The notes beneath the pieces were generated by a model. It was not told where the DNA came from and did no database searches. It saw only the letters and a program-made list of their open reading frames with translations. The position numbers were made by a program, and so were the translations under genes. This document shows positions 1 through 10,430 of a DNA stretch of 64,000 bases, one piece after another; position 1 is the stretch's first letter, and each line of letters begins with the position of its first letter. Source of the stretch: Candidatus Helarchaeota archaeon (GTDB lineage: Archaea; Asgardarchaeota; Lokiarchaeia; Helarchaeales; RDOG01); the NCBI GenBank assembly GCA_019058315.1, contig JAHPZH010000006.1, positions 1 through 64,000 on the forward strand, read 5' to 3'.

Positions 1-94
1 ATGTAATTGCTGCAAGAATAACCAAAACTAGTGTCATTAACCAAGTAACGAAATACTGAAATTTAAAACTGAGATCTCCTATAAAATCTGTCAT
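1..94 (-). CDS. 5' part of a membrane protein running off the window edge (MTDFIGDLSFKFQYFVTWLMTLVLVILAAIT...)
   Basis: Read by hand: ATG at 94-92, SD-like AGGTTGA just upstream, open to position 1, hydrophobic segment. Not in ORF track. Confidence 0.6.
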   Translation of the reverse strand, partial: MTDFIGDLSFKFQYFVTWLMTLVLVILAAIT

Positions 95-416
95 TTAATC
101 AACCTTTTAAATAATTTCTTCAATTTCGATTTCTTTTGATTTTTTTTATTGTGAAAAAAACCAGGCATTTGGTACTCTTTAAAAAGATTTTTTGACAGAT
201 TTGTGTTAAAAAAAATAATAAATTAAGAAGGATTGAATTAGAAAAATTTAATGTATAATACGAAGAATTTGGAGAGCTTGAAAAGTTAGTAAATTTTACT
301 TTAGAAAATTGATTAACTTGAGGATGTATTTAAAATAAATTCAAACAAAAATATGTCAAAATTAAATTCGCGCCAACCCGTCCAAAGAGTTTTGGTAATA
401 TAAATAAAATTCATAC

Positions 417-890
417 TTATTTTAAATTTTTTAAAATTTCATAAAGAACAATTGCTGCATATCCTATTGACCCGATATCACTAGGTAAGTCAAGAAAAAC
501 GGCAGTACCCATATCTAACTCTTTTTTAGAAAGTCCAGGTTTACTTCCTGCAAAAACTAACATAATTTTTAAATTCTTTTTAATAGAATCAATTATTTCA
601 GCTACATTAAATGCAATTTTTGCATATGGTTTATGAATGAATGTATAAATTTTATCCGGTTTTAATAATTCAATTGCATCAGGTAAATCTTTTACAAAAA
701 CTAAATTTTTTCCCTTTTTGAAAATCATCTTTTGGCTTTCCGGCACTCCCACGGTTGCAGCAGAGCCCACAGCTTTTGATATAACGAATGTATCAACATT
801 AAACCCTAGAATTAGTTCAGTCATTTCCCTAATTTTTTGAGAGCCATAAACATTGTGTAATATGACATATAGATTTTTCATTGTTTTCAC
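417..890 (-). CDS. SPOUT-fold DUF2122-type protein (often annotated RecB-family nuclease)
   Basis: LHNVxGSQK, KAVGSAATVGVPE, DLPDAIELLKPD and GLSKKELDMG motifs; lies next to TFE. Confidence 0.7.
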   Translation of the reverse strand: MKTMKNLYVILHNVYGSQKIREMTELILGFNVDTFVISKAVGSAATVGVPESQKMIFKKGKNLVFVKDLPDAIELLKPDKIYTFIHKPYAKIAFNVAEIIDSIKKNLKIMLVFAGSKPGLSKKELDMGTAVFLDLPSDIGSIGYAAIVLYEILKNLK

Positions 891-1053
891 TTTTTCTTAA
901 AAAATAATTGTTAGTAAATAAAATTTCATAAATTAAATAAATTTATAAATTTAAATCAAAAAAGGTTAATACTTTAGATTTTTCTATAGATCATTAAAAG
1001 TAAAGGAGATTAAAATTTAAAAATGAAATTTATTGCTTGAATACTACCAGATA

Positions 1054-1560
1054 TTATTGTAAATCTTCCTCAAGAATTTCTACATTGGTTTCCAGAATTT
1101 CTATTATATTTTCATTTGATATATTTTCAAGAGCAGTTGAACATTTAGGACAATTGAACGAAACTTCCATTGCGTCCTCGAATGTGAATCTAGGACATCC
1201 ATTAAGACATTGGTAAAAAACATGCTCCTTCTCATAGTTAAGTCGTTCTTTTAATTTATGTAAAACCGCTCTTTTTTTATTATTTACTAAATCTCCGATT
1301 CTTTCAGGGTTTAATTTCCAATAGTATACAAACCATCCAGTCTTTTTATCTCTAATTCTTCTAAATACAGCCAGATGGTAATCATATAATTTATATAATA
1401 TTTTTCGGACGATATTAAGTTTAATTTCTAATTTTGTCGCTAATTCTTCATCAGTGGCTTCGGGTTTACTACCAAGCATGGAGACAATCGTAACTGCCTC
1501 ATCACCCACTAATATTTTAACAATATTTAGAAATAATTCGTCATCGACCCTTGGAGACAC
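1054..1560 (-). CDS. tfe: Transcription factor E (TFE, TFIIE-alpha homologue)
   Basis: wHTH TDEELA...VRKILYKL, RDKKTGWFVYYW, Zn ribbon CxxxC...CPKC. Confidence 0.95.
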   Translation of the reverse strand: MSPRVDDELFLNIVKILVGDEAVTIVSMLGSKPEATDEELATKLEIKLNIVRKILYKLYDYHLAVFRRIRDKKTGWFVYYWKLNPERIGDLVNNKKRAVLHKLKERLNYEKEHVFYQCLNGCPRFTFEDAMEVSFNCPKCSTALENISNENIIEILETNVEILEEDLQ

Positions 1561-1818
1561 TTAAATTGAACTTCCGATTTATTTTATTATAATTTTAAAC
1601 AAATATATTTATTTCAATTAAATAAATAACTAATCAATACTTAAATTTTCTTACAAATAACTAAATTTTATTCAATTTCTAAAAATAAATTTGTAAATAT
1701 TCGAAAGTTTAATTTTGGCTCATTAGAAAATCCCAAAATAAATAAAAAATATTTTTTAGATTTTAAAATTTCAAATATCTAAATAATTATAAAATTTTGG
1801 GCTTAAATGGTGTAAAAA

Positions 1819-2355
1819 TTGCAGCAAATTATTATATTAAGAATGGGGCACCGACAATTCAGGGATAATCGTATAACTACACATGTGGGTTTAGTAGGTA
1901 GAGCATTTGGTGCCAAAGGAATGATTTTAGCGGATATTAGTGATGCATCTGTAAAAGATTCCATTAATGAAATTAATCAAAATTGGGGTGGTAATTTTTT
2001 TATAGAAATGAATGTTCAACATCTTAAATTTTTAAAAGATTGGATAAATAAGGGGAATTTGGTTGTTCATTTAACTATGTATGGAGAAAATTTGTCAAAA
2101 AATCTTATTAACGAAATCAAAAAAAAAGAAGGGGATGTATTAGTAGTAGTGGGGTCTCAAAAAGTTCCTAAAACCTTATATGATCTAGCACATTATAATA
2201 TCTCTATTTCTAATCAACCGCATTCAGAAATTTCAGCATTAACAATTTTTTTAGACCGTTATTTTGAAGGAAAACAATTATTAAAAAAATTCAAAGGAGC
2301 AAAATTTGAGATCATTCCATCAAAGAAGAAGAAAATTGTTCGTAGTCTAAAATAA
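1819..2355 (+). CDS. trm56: tRNA (cytidine(56)-2'-O)-methyltransferase
   Basis: LRMGHRxxRDxRITTHVGL, VHLTMYG, VVGSQKVP, NQPHSEISAL motifs. Confidence 0.95.
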   Translation: MQQIIILRMGHRQFRDNRITTHVGLVGRAFGAKGMILADISDASVKDSINEINQNWGGNFFIEMNVQHLKFLKDWINKGNLVVHLTMYGENLSKNLINEIKKKEGDVLVVVGSQKVPKTLYDLAHYNISISNQPHSEISALTIFLDRYFEGKQLLKKFKGAKFEIIPSKKKKIVRSLK

Positions 2356-2358
2356 ATC

Positions 2359-2859
2359 TTATTCCTTCTTTTTTTTAATTTGAACAACATCACCTATTGT
2401 GGTTTCATCTTTTGGTTTTTTACTGGGTTTTGGATAGAATTCCTCGACATCTTTTTCTGTCAGACTAATATTTAATAAATTTTCAATTTTTTTTATTACT
2501 TTTACTGAAGGATTTATTTTATTTTGTTCTATTCGTCTAATAAGTGAAAGCGGTTCTTTTAAATTACGAGCAAAATCATTTTGTGTCATTTTTCTTTTTT
2601 CTCTTGCTTCTTTTATAATTTTCCCAAAGTTTTCAATTAAGAAAAAATCACCTTTATATTTCTCTCGTCTATATGGGGGTTTTTTTCGTTTAACATATCT
2701 GGGTTTTGTCGAACTAATCGTTTTAGGTGATTTTGTTGATTTTCCAAACCTTGAACAACTCTGACATACTTTTAATTTTGCCCCTTCTACGTATTTGTAA
2801 ATAGGTTTCCCAAAAATAGGTCTCCCACAAATATCACATGTGGATTCACTTTCTGACAT
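2359..2859 (-). CDS. mbf1: Archaeal multiprotein bridging factor aMBF1 (Zn ribbon + Cro-type HTH)
   Basis: CDICG...VEGAKLKVCQSC, HTH IKEAREKRKMTQ, C-terminal TIGDVV. Confidence 0.9.
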   Translation of the reverse strand: MSESESTCDICGRPIFGKPIYKYVEGAKLKVCQSCSRFGKSTKSPKTISSTKPRYVKRKKPPYRREKYKGDFFLIENFGKIIKEAREKRKMTQNDFARNLKEPLSLIRRIEQNKINPSVKVIKKIENLLNISLTEKDVEEFYPKPSKKPKDETTIGDVVQIKKKKE

Positions 2860-2928
2860 AATAGGAACTCCTTTAAAAAAAGGTTCCTTTGAATATAAAA
2901 AGAGGAATTTATTAACTGTAAATCAGTG

Positions 2929-3402
2929 TTACATTTTATCTAATTCGCCTAAGGCTGATTTTAAATCCTCATCTTCAGCCTCGCCAGTCCCTAATTCTTC
3001 CATCATTGGAGGAGCTTCACCTAGAAACTCCGATAGAACTTTTTCTAATTCGGATGAGGCATTTTTCATTACTAATCTTATCATACCGATATTTACGTCT
3101 TTGTCAGTAATAATACATAATACTCCTTGTCCACAAGATGCTGCAAAAATTTTACCATCATTAAACTCAGATGTGACAATATTGAGGTTTCCAATATCCA
3201 GACTCTTACCTTGTTCTTCACTAGCACAAAATACTGCACTTGCAATTGCACCGATACCATCAACATCTACTGGGTAATAACTAAACTTTGAGACATGCGC
3301 AATAGTGAGACCTGTTCGATCTGCTAGAATAACCTTTTTAATACCTGGTTCACTCTTTATTATTCTTGCCAAAATTTTGTCAAATGCCTTTACATCCATC
3401 AT
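2929..3402 (-). CDS. Roadblock/LC7 domain protein with acidic C-terminal tail
   Basis: VILADRTGLTIA, GAIASAVF, VNIGMIRL pattern typical of roadblock proteins. Confidence 0.85.
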   Translation of the reverse strand: MMDVKAFDKILARIIKSEPGIKKVILADRTGLTIAHVSKFSYYPVDVDGIGAIASAVFCASEEQGKSLDIGNLNIVTSEFNDGKIFAASCGQGVLCIITDKDVNIGMIRLVMKNASSELEKVLSEFLGEAPPMMEELGTGEAEDEDLKSALGELDKM

Positions 3403-3735
3403 ACGAGTTTACTCCCGTTCAAATATATTAAAAGGATATGATTTTTTTTTATTTCTTAATAAGTATTTGATTGATATTATAAAAATATGTATGACGTTTT
3501 TTAATTTTTTTCTTATAAATACTATTATTATACACTAAAGAAATCAACTATCTTTAACTTTTAATATATTTTCAATTTGATAAAACAATTCATAATATGC
3601 AATTATGTCTCTAATAACTATCCATATTTTTGTCATTGAATATAAAAATTGAAAAATTCTTCAATAGTTAATAATGAAATCTAAAAAAATAATTTAGCAA
3701 ATAATGAGGATTTTTATTTACCAGAATATAACATT

Positions 3736-5796
3736 TTAAGCTTTTTTCCAATGGTCACTGTAGGGTTTAAATATTACTCCTTTTCTTTGAAGATCCTCTA
3801 GTCCGCTTTCAACAAAATCTTTCTCAATTCCACGTGCTAAAGCAAGTTCTATTATACTTTCTGTGGATACAGGACCACCTTTTTCTTCAGATAATTCTTC
3901 AATGATTTTTTCTATTTCCAACATCTTATTTCTTTGACTTGTAAATTGCCCCGTAGTTACAGCTGAAATGTCAAAGCTGCCAGTTTCTCGATCTACACCG
4001 ACTTGTCTAAGAGAGAGTGTCATAATACCAATAGCTCTCTCAGCATCTTCTAAAATCACATCATTTCGTAATGCCATACGAGCATGTGCTTCGGCTAGGC
4101 GAATTAATCCTTCAAGTTGTCTGGATGAAATAGCAATAGGAGAATTTTCTGATTCCCCAGAACCACGCATTTCTAAGTAGAAATCGTTGATTCTTTTTTG
4201 AGCATTGGTTTGTAATACCGGTTTTACATTTCTACGAGCATATCTAATATATTTACTTAATAAATCTGGAGGAATTTCAGGAGCGGATTTAGGGTTTATT
4301 TCTTTATGCAGTTCTAAAATATGTTCAGCTAATTTTGCATCTTTTTCTGCATCAGGAATATCTCTTAGAATGAAAATAAGATCAAATCGAGATAAAATTG
4401 AAACAGGTAGTTTCTTAATATTTTCAGCTACATTTTTATAATCATCATATCTACCATAAGTAGGATTTGCCGCGGCTAATATGGAAGTCCTCGCGTTTAA
4501 ATTTGCCAATATTCCAGCCTTTGCTATGCTTACAGTCTGTTGTTCCATTGCTTCATGTATAGCAACTCTATCTTGTGGATTCATTTTATCGAATTCATCA
4601 ATACATGCAATTCCCATATCAGAAATTACTAAAGCACCCGCTTCAAGAGTCATTTCACCTGTATCTCTGTCTCTCATAACTGCAGCTGTTAATCCTGCAG
4701 CTGTAGAACCTTTTCCACTTGTATAAAGTCCTCTCGGAGCGATTTCTTTAACACTTTGTAAAAGTTGACTTTTTCCTGTTCCAGGATCCCCCACTAGAAG
4801 TATATGAGTATCACCTCTAATTTTCATACCATCTGGTAATTCCTTAGGTCTTCCACCAAAAAGAAGATAGCAAATGGCTTCTTTTATATCATGATTTCCA
4901 TAAATTGATGGTGCAATTGAATTAATTATTTTTTCATGAATTAAAGGATCATTTGATAATTCTTTTATTCTTTTTTCGTCCTCATCTGTTATATCTTCCT
5001 CTAATTCTTTTTCTAATACAGTAATGTTGTTTGCTTCTAAATAGGTATGAAAAGTTGTTAATTTTCCTCTTCCAGAGGAATCTTGTGAAGACCTTAAAAC
5101 ACCAGTAATTGCCACGTTAGCTCCTGGTCTTGCAAGATCTACTATATCTTTTAATAATATTACGTCGATTGTTCTTGGTAATTGACCAGCAGGTAATGCT
5201 TCTGGACTTTCTTGAATACTAATTTTTTGCCAATCAATAAATTTAGAGTTTTCGGGTAAAAATTTGAAAGGCCCTTTTCTTCTACATGAGTCAATATCGC
5301 ATTGTAAAGGTTTTTTAAATCGGTAACCCTCTTGTTTTATAAAAAATGTTCCTCTACATTGTTCACAATAAAATGCAGCATCTATAATTTGGGGTTTAAC
5401 TATGCTTGCTCGATTAAGAATACCGTGAACTTGCATAAGTTTTCCAATATGTTCAGCGCGTAAACTTCTCAATAATATTGTATGGTCTTCATCTAGATTA
5501 GTGAAACGGGCAATAACATCAGGTTTTTGGTCATAATAATCTATATCAACTTCTTTAAGTATATTATTTATGGCTATTGAAGAGTCCTTGATTAATTCAT
5601 CAGGTTTGTCAATGAGATTACGGGCTAATTGTGAATCAAATTTAAATAAATCATTAAAATTAATTTTTAATGATTTTTTATTTTGTAGGGATAGCCCTCG
5701 TATGAGATCCCGATATTTTTTTTCATTTTTTTCATCAATGAATTCTAAAAAAAAACTCTCAAATCTTTTTGAGGGGTCTGTAATTGTTTCCATCAA
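3736..5796 (-). CDS. mcm: MCM replicative helicase
   Basis: Zn finger, GDPGTGKSQ Walker A, IDEFDKM, SRFDLIF Arg finger, C-terminal wHTH; no intein. Confidence 0.98.
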   Translation of the reverse strand: MMETITDPSKRFESFFLEFIDEKNEKKYRDLIRGLSLQNKKSLKINFNDLFKFDSQLARNLIDKPDELIKDSSIAINNILKEVDIDYYDQKPDVIARFTNLDEDHTILLRSLRAEHIGKLMQVHGILNRASIVKPQIIDAAFYCEQCRGTFFIKQEGYRFKKPLQCDIDSCRRKGPFKFLPENSKFIDWQKISIQESPEALPAGQLPRTIDVILLKDIVDLARPGANVAITGVLRSSQDSSGRGKLTTFHTYLEANNITVLEKELEEDITDEDEKRIKELSNDPLIHEKIINSIAPSIYGNHDIKEAICYLLFGGRPKELPDGMKIRGDTHILLVGDPGTGKSQLLQSVKEIAPRGLYTSGKGSTAAGLTAAVMRDRDTGEMTLEAGALVISDMGIACIDEFDKMNPQDRVAIHEAMEQQTVSIAKAGILANLNARTSILAAANPTYGRYDDYKNVAENIKKLPVSILSRFDLIFILRDIPDAEKDAKLAEHILELHKEINPKSAPEIPPDLLSKYIRYARRNVKPVLQTNAQKRINDFYLEMRGSGESENSPIAISSRQLEGLIRLAEAHARMALRNDVILEDAERAIGIMTLSLRQVGVDRETGSFDISAVTTGQFTSQRNKMLEIEKIIEELSEEKGGPVSTESIIELALARGIEKDFVESGLEDLQRKGVIFKPYSDHWKKA

Positions 5797-6039
5797 ACTC
5801 CCAATTTAACTTGTGTAGAATTAAATTTTTTATACAATTCATTTAATTAATAGTATTTATAAATAAACCGTATTAAGGATAAATGAAAAAAGTAAATTTT
5901 AAAATATTTAAGCGCGATTATTAATTAAAAAAAACTTTTAATTAATACTAAATATTTTTATTATATTCCTAGTTTACCCTAGACTAATTAATTCACTATA
6001 ATTCTTTTATATTTAAAAAAAAATCTTAAAACAACATTT

Positions 6040-6564
6040 TCAATCATTTTTGGGCAAAATTTCGGATTTCCATTTTTCAAAATTTGATAAAATATTATCA
6101 TATAAAATTTTTTCTTCGTTGGTCAAAGATTTAATCAATAATCTTCGATTTTTTGCTTCAACAATGCGTAAAATTTTATATAATCTAAAAGTAAGCAAAT
6201 CATCTAAAAAGGCCTTTGTTTGTTGTTTATTTTCAATTAATTGAGTAGTTGGATATTCCTTAATTTTTTTAGATAAATTTTCTAAATATTCCTTGATTCT
6301 TATATATAAATCATCTTCTAGGGCTTGTAAATTCGAACTATTTTTTTCTCGCCATAAAAACTTATCCAATTTGGCTAAATCTATATTTTTTTCATCCAAT
6401 ATTTCAATCATTTCGTTTTCTTTGAGAATTCTTGCCATCCATATTGGAATTTCCGTTACAATATCTTTTTTTAAATATTCGATTTTTTTTTCAACAAATT
6501 GTGGAATCGGCTTTAAGGCTCTTACTTTAATCTTTTTATTTTTCCACTCAAATAATAAGTTCAT
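6040..6564 (-). CDS. GINS complex subunit (Gins23-like)
   Basis: EIPIWMARIL B-domain followed by helical A-domain ending LTNEEK; immediately upstream of mcm in conserved order. Confidence 0.85.
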   Translation of the reverse strand: MNLLFEWKNKKIKVRALKPIPQFVEKKIEYLKKDIVTEIPIWMARILKENEMIEILDEKNIDLAKLDKFLWREKNSSNLQALEDDLYIRIKEYLENLSKKIKEYPTTQLIENKQQTKAFLDDLLTFRLYKILRIVEAKNRRLLIKSLTNEEKILYDNILSNFEKWKSEILPKND

Positions 6565-6626
6565 TTAAAACGCCTAATATAGATTAAATTAATAAGAATT
6601 GTACTTAGGTTAATAATCAAGATTAA

Positions 6627-7685
6627 TTATACTTCATTTTTTACTTTTTTAATTGCTTTAACCATTTCTGATTCTAATTTCGATTTTGGTTTTTCAATTT
6701 TCTTTCCAATTGTTACTGGTTTTTTAATTTTCCTAATTTCTTTCATCATAGCATCTTTTAAATCTAGTCGTGAATCCTTTTTTTGAATTTGGTTTACTTT
6801 TTCAGCCTTAATAGATGGTTTATTTAAAATTGAAATAATTTTATTTTGTAAGGATTCTAGATTTTCATTAGTAAAATTAAAATTTATCCTATTTTTATAT
6901 AAATAATTTTTTATTTCAGCTTCTGTTTCTTCAATGTTCGCAAAAATGATTTTTTTTATATTTTCATTAAACAAAATCGTGAGAGTTGCGCTAGCTGGTT
7001 TACCTCTGTTGGGAATTTCAAATAAATAAATTAAACCTATTTGTTTTCTATTCAAAAAATGAATTAAGGAATAACATTCCTTTATTTTATCAGTAGCACC
7101 TAATATTAGAACTAAACCTTTAGTAGCAATTCTTATTATCTCTTTTTCATTTATTGAATTAGGAATCCAAGCAACTGGTTCTGGTACGAAATCATTATTT
7201 TTTGATATAATTATAGCTGTTATTGGTTGATTTATTCTAAATTCATCATTAATTTGAGGGGACACAGTCGTTTTTTGGGGGGGTAGTTTACTTATTTCTT
7301 GTATAGGAACACTAGTTTTTTGAGAAACAATATCTGATTCTTGGGATTTGAAATATTTATAAAGTAAATAACCAAATTTTTGTGCTATTCTCACAAATAA
7401 ATCAAGAATTATCATTTTATCCGAAGAAGAAGTGCAAATAAGAAATCCGTTAAAAGCAATTTTATAAATATAGAGATTTTGGTCACTATTCCCCAATTTT
7501 CGTTTAATATAGCTATTTACGGGAATATCTTTATTCTCAAGGATCATTTTCAATAAAATTTTTTTTGCAGATAAGCTGAGATTATTTTCAAAATAACGCC
7601 CCTCTTTATTAATTAATCCATATCTTTTTATTCCCGTATCTCGTAATTCATTTATTATTGTATCGATAAAAGTCAATCTTTCCAT
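6627..7685 (-). CDS. Hypothetical protein with putative roadblock/longin-like domains and a C-terminal repeated basic helix
   Basis: 352-aa ORF; alternating beta/alpha pattern; central PEPVAWIP...GLIYLFEIP...ATLTILF segment resembles Asgard longin/uDENN-like domains (by eye only). Confidence 0.45.
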   Translation of the reverse strand: MERLTFIDTIINELRDTGIKRYGLINKEGRYFENNLSLSAKKILLKMILENKDIPVNSYIKRKLGNSDQNLYIYKIAFNGFLICTSSSDKMIILDLFVRIAQKFGYLLYKYFKSQESDIVSQKTSVPIQEISKLPPQKTTVSPQINDEFRINQPITAIIISKNNDFVPEPVAWIPNSINEKEIIRIATKGLVLILGATDKIKECYSLIHFLNRKQIGLIYLFEIPNRGKPASATLTILFNENIKKIIFANIEETEAEIKNYLYKNRINFNFTNENLESLQNKIISILNKPSIKAEKVNQIQKKDSRLDLKDAMMKEIRKIKKPVTIGKKIEKPKSKLESEMVKAIKKVKNEV

Positions 7686-7788
7686 ACTCTTTATGGATTA
7701 GTTAAATATCAAATAATAATCTCTATATTATTTAGTTATTTTTTGGATAAAACCTTTTAGATTCGTGAAAAAAAATAAATACTCTTAA

Positions 7789-8766
7789 ATGCTGGAATTT
7801 ATGATGTCGGATATAATCTGGGTTGAAAAATATCGACCACGATCTCTGAGTGATGTTGTTGGACAAGAACAAATTGTTTCAAGATTAAAGATTTTTGTGG
7901 AAAATAAAAATTTACCGCATTTAATTTTTTCAGGGCCTGCTGGTGTCGGAAAAACTACTTGTGCGCATGCAATGGTAAGAGATTTGTTTGGAACTAATTA
8001 TTCTAGAGATTTGGTCAGGGAATTAAATGCATCGGATGAACGAGGTATTGAAATAATAAGAACTACAATCAAAGAATTTGCTAGACAAAAGACGATATCT
8101 GGAATACCATTTAAAATAATGATTCTGGACGAATCGGATAATATGACTTCAGCGGCACAACAAGCATTAAGACGAACAATGGAATCATATAGTAAAAATA
8201 CCCGTTTTATTTTGTTATGTAATTATAGCTCTAAAATCATTGAACCAATTCAATCTCGTTGTGCAGTATTTAGATTTTCACCTTTAAAAGATGAAGAAAT
8301 CAAACAGCGATTAGAATATATATCAAATCTAGAAAAAATTAAACTAAATTCAGAAGCATTAAAAGCAATTTTATATGTTTCGGGAGGAGATATGAGAAAG
8401 GCAGTAAATGTTCTACAAGCTGCCTCTGCATCTACTAAAACCGTCGATCAAGACGCTATTTTTAAAGTAACTGGGAAGGCAAGACCAGAAGAAATACAAA
8501 AAATGTTACAATTATCATTAGAAGGTAATTTTTTACAAGCAAGAAAAATGTTACAGGATTTATTGTTAAAATATGGTCTCTCAGGTATAGATATTGTAAA
8601 ACAAATTCATAGAGAAATTTATAATTTAGATATTGAGGAAATACAAAAAGTAAAGTTGGCTGATAAAACAGGTGAAATAAATTTTCGTCTTATTGAAGGT
8701 GCAGATGAGAATATTCAATTATCAAGTTTGTTAGCGCAATTTTCAAATCTAAAAAATATTGCTTAA
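7789..8766 (+). CDS. rfcS: Replication factor C small subunit
   Basis: WVEKYRP, GPAGVGKT, ELNASDERG, DESD, SRC motif. Confidence 0.97.
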   Translation: MLEFMMSDIIWVEKYRPRSLSDVVGQEQIVSRLKIFVENKNLPHLIFSGPAGVGKTTCAHAMVRDLFGTNYSRDLVRELNASDERGIEIIRTTIKEFARQKTISGIPFKIMILDESDNMTSAAQQALRRTMESYSKNTRFILLCNYSSKIIEPIQSRCAVFRFSPLKDEEIKQRLEYISNLEKIKLNSEALKAILYVSGGDMRKAVNVLQAASASTKTVDQDAIFKVTGKARPEEIQKMLQLSLEGNFLQARKMLQDLLLKYGLSGIDIVKQIHREIYNLDIEEIQKVKLADKTGEINFRLIEGADENIQLSSLLAQFSNLKNIA

Positions 8767-8775
8767 TTTATCTAA

Positions 8776-10281
8776 TTAAAAAGTCAATAATTTAACTTTT
8801 AATGTCTGTAAATTAATGATAGGCACCATCCCTGGAGTTGGTCTAATACCTTTTTCTTTCTGAAATGAAGTTAAACTTTGAAAACAACCACTATTAATTA
8901 ATTTTACACCTTTATAATCTTTATAACCATTAATATGGACATGACCACAATGAATTACGTTGGGTATTTCGTCTATAACTAACCAATCCTCAATTTCTGG
9001 AGATAATCCCGTTTTTTGGCCATAAATTGGTGCTAAATGTCGAGCAATTAATAATTCTTGCATCGCCTTTTCTGGGTGTTCATAATTCAATCCTGGAATT
9101 GAACTAATGATATCATCAAAACTATCACCATGATAGACTAGAAATTGAATTCCATGGATTTCTAATAATGTTGGATTCCCTAACATAATAACATTTTGAA
9201 GATCATATAAATCCATCGCATACTTTTTAGGTATTGCAGGATGAGGTAATGCCTTTCTAATGGCATCATGAGCGCCTCCAGGAATGATTATTATTTTTAT
9301 ATATTCCGGAATTTGTTTTAAAAAATTAGCTGCGATCTCATACTGACTTTTAATATCAGTTAATTCTAAATCATCTCTTTGTGAAGGATAGACCCCTATT
9401 CCATCAACAATATCTCCTGCAATTATGATATACTTTAAATGTGATGCCATTTCTTTTTGCTCTTCATTACCACTTCTTCCATTTGTCCAATCTATAAAAT
9501 TTCGAAATTTTTCCTCTAAAAATTGTTTACTTCCAAAATGAGTATCTGAAATAAGTGCAACATTAATAGGAAATTCTGCCAATTTATTATGATTTCTTCG
9601 AGGTATATCAGGAAATATTATTTCATTTGCCATAAAAATATCATTTTTCCACATATTTCCTTTAACACAAATAACCTCATCAGGAAGTACTTTCAAAGCT
9701 TTAGATATTAATTCCTTTTCTTTATTTGGAACAAGTACAGAAATGTTATCCGAAAAATCTTCTATTTCTAAATAAATATTTTTTGAATTTGTTTCCCTTT
9801 TTTCTTGAATTATTCCTATAATAGTAATTTCTTTGTCTTTTAGTTTTTTTGCCTCTAAGATAGATGTACTTCCTTTTATATCCGTTCTTTCCATTAATAA
9901 TAAATAAATTTTTTTGTATCTACTTCTAAATAAATCTCTAAAATCTTCAACTTGCCCCTTTCCATATAATCTTCCAGTAGGATCCCTTAAAATTCCAATA
10001 TCAGCTTTAATATTTTTTACTTCACTTTCAAAATGTGTTTTTTTGGGAACTTCTGTTTCTTTATCTTCATACTTAATATCTATCTCATTTTTTTCTGAAA
10101 TTATCTGTTTAATTAAATCAAGTGTTATAAAAACTTGATTTTTATCCATTTTATTCAATTTTTCAATAAAATCTGTTAAAAAATTAATTGGATCTTTTTG
10201 ATAAGATAAATATTCTAGTGCATTGGGAGTAATTTCTAATCCAGAATTAAGCAATATTTCAATAATCTCTTTTTTATACAT
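8776..10281 (-). CDS. polB: DNA polymerase D small subunit DP1 (3'-5' proofreading exonuclease)
   Basis: OB fold plus calcineurin-like motifs DTHFGS, GDIVDGIGVYPSQ, YHG, GHVH, RHLAPIYG, NSGCFQ. Confidence 0.95.
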   Translation of the reverse strand: MYKKEIIEILLNSGLEITPNALEYLSYQKDPINFLTDFIEKLNKMDKNQVFITLDLIKQIISEKNEIDIKYEDKETEVPKKTHFESEVKNIKADIGILRDPTGRLYGKGQVEDFRDLFRSRYKKIYLLLMERTDIKGSTSILEAKKLKDKEITIIGIIQEKRETNSKNIYLEIEDFSDNISVLVPNKEKELISKALKVLPDEVICVKGNMWKNDIFMANEIIFPDIPRRNHNKLAEFPINVALISDTHFGSKQFLEEKFRNFIDWTNGRSGNEEQKEMASHLKYIIIAGDIVDGIGVYPSQRDDLELTDIKSQYEIAANFLKQIPEYIKIIIIPGGAHDAIRKALPHPAIPKKYAMDLYDLQNVIMLGNPTLLEIHGIQFLVYHGDSFDDIISSIPGLNYEHPEKAMQELLIARHLAPIYGQKTGLSPEIEDWLVIDEIPNVIHCGHVHINGYKDYKGVKLINSGCFQSLTSFQKEKGIRPTPGMVPIINLQTLKVKLLTF

Positions 10282-10430
10282 TTTAATTCAAAAATAAAAG
10301 ATGGTTTAACTAAATGTAATTCGAAATTGAGTAATATATAGTTATATTTAATAAAATTATTAAAACAATAAAAAATAATTTAAAAAAATAATTGATATGT
10401 AATTAATAATAATTTTAAAGGTTTATTCAA

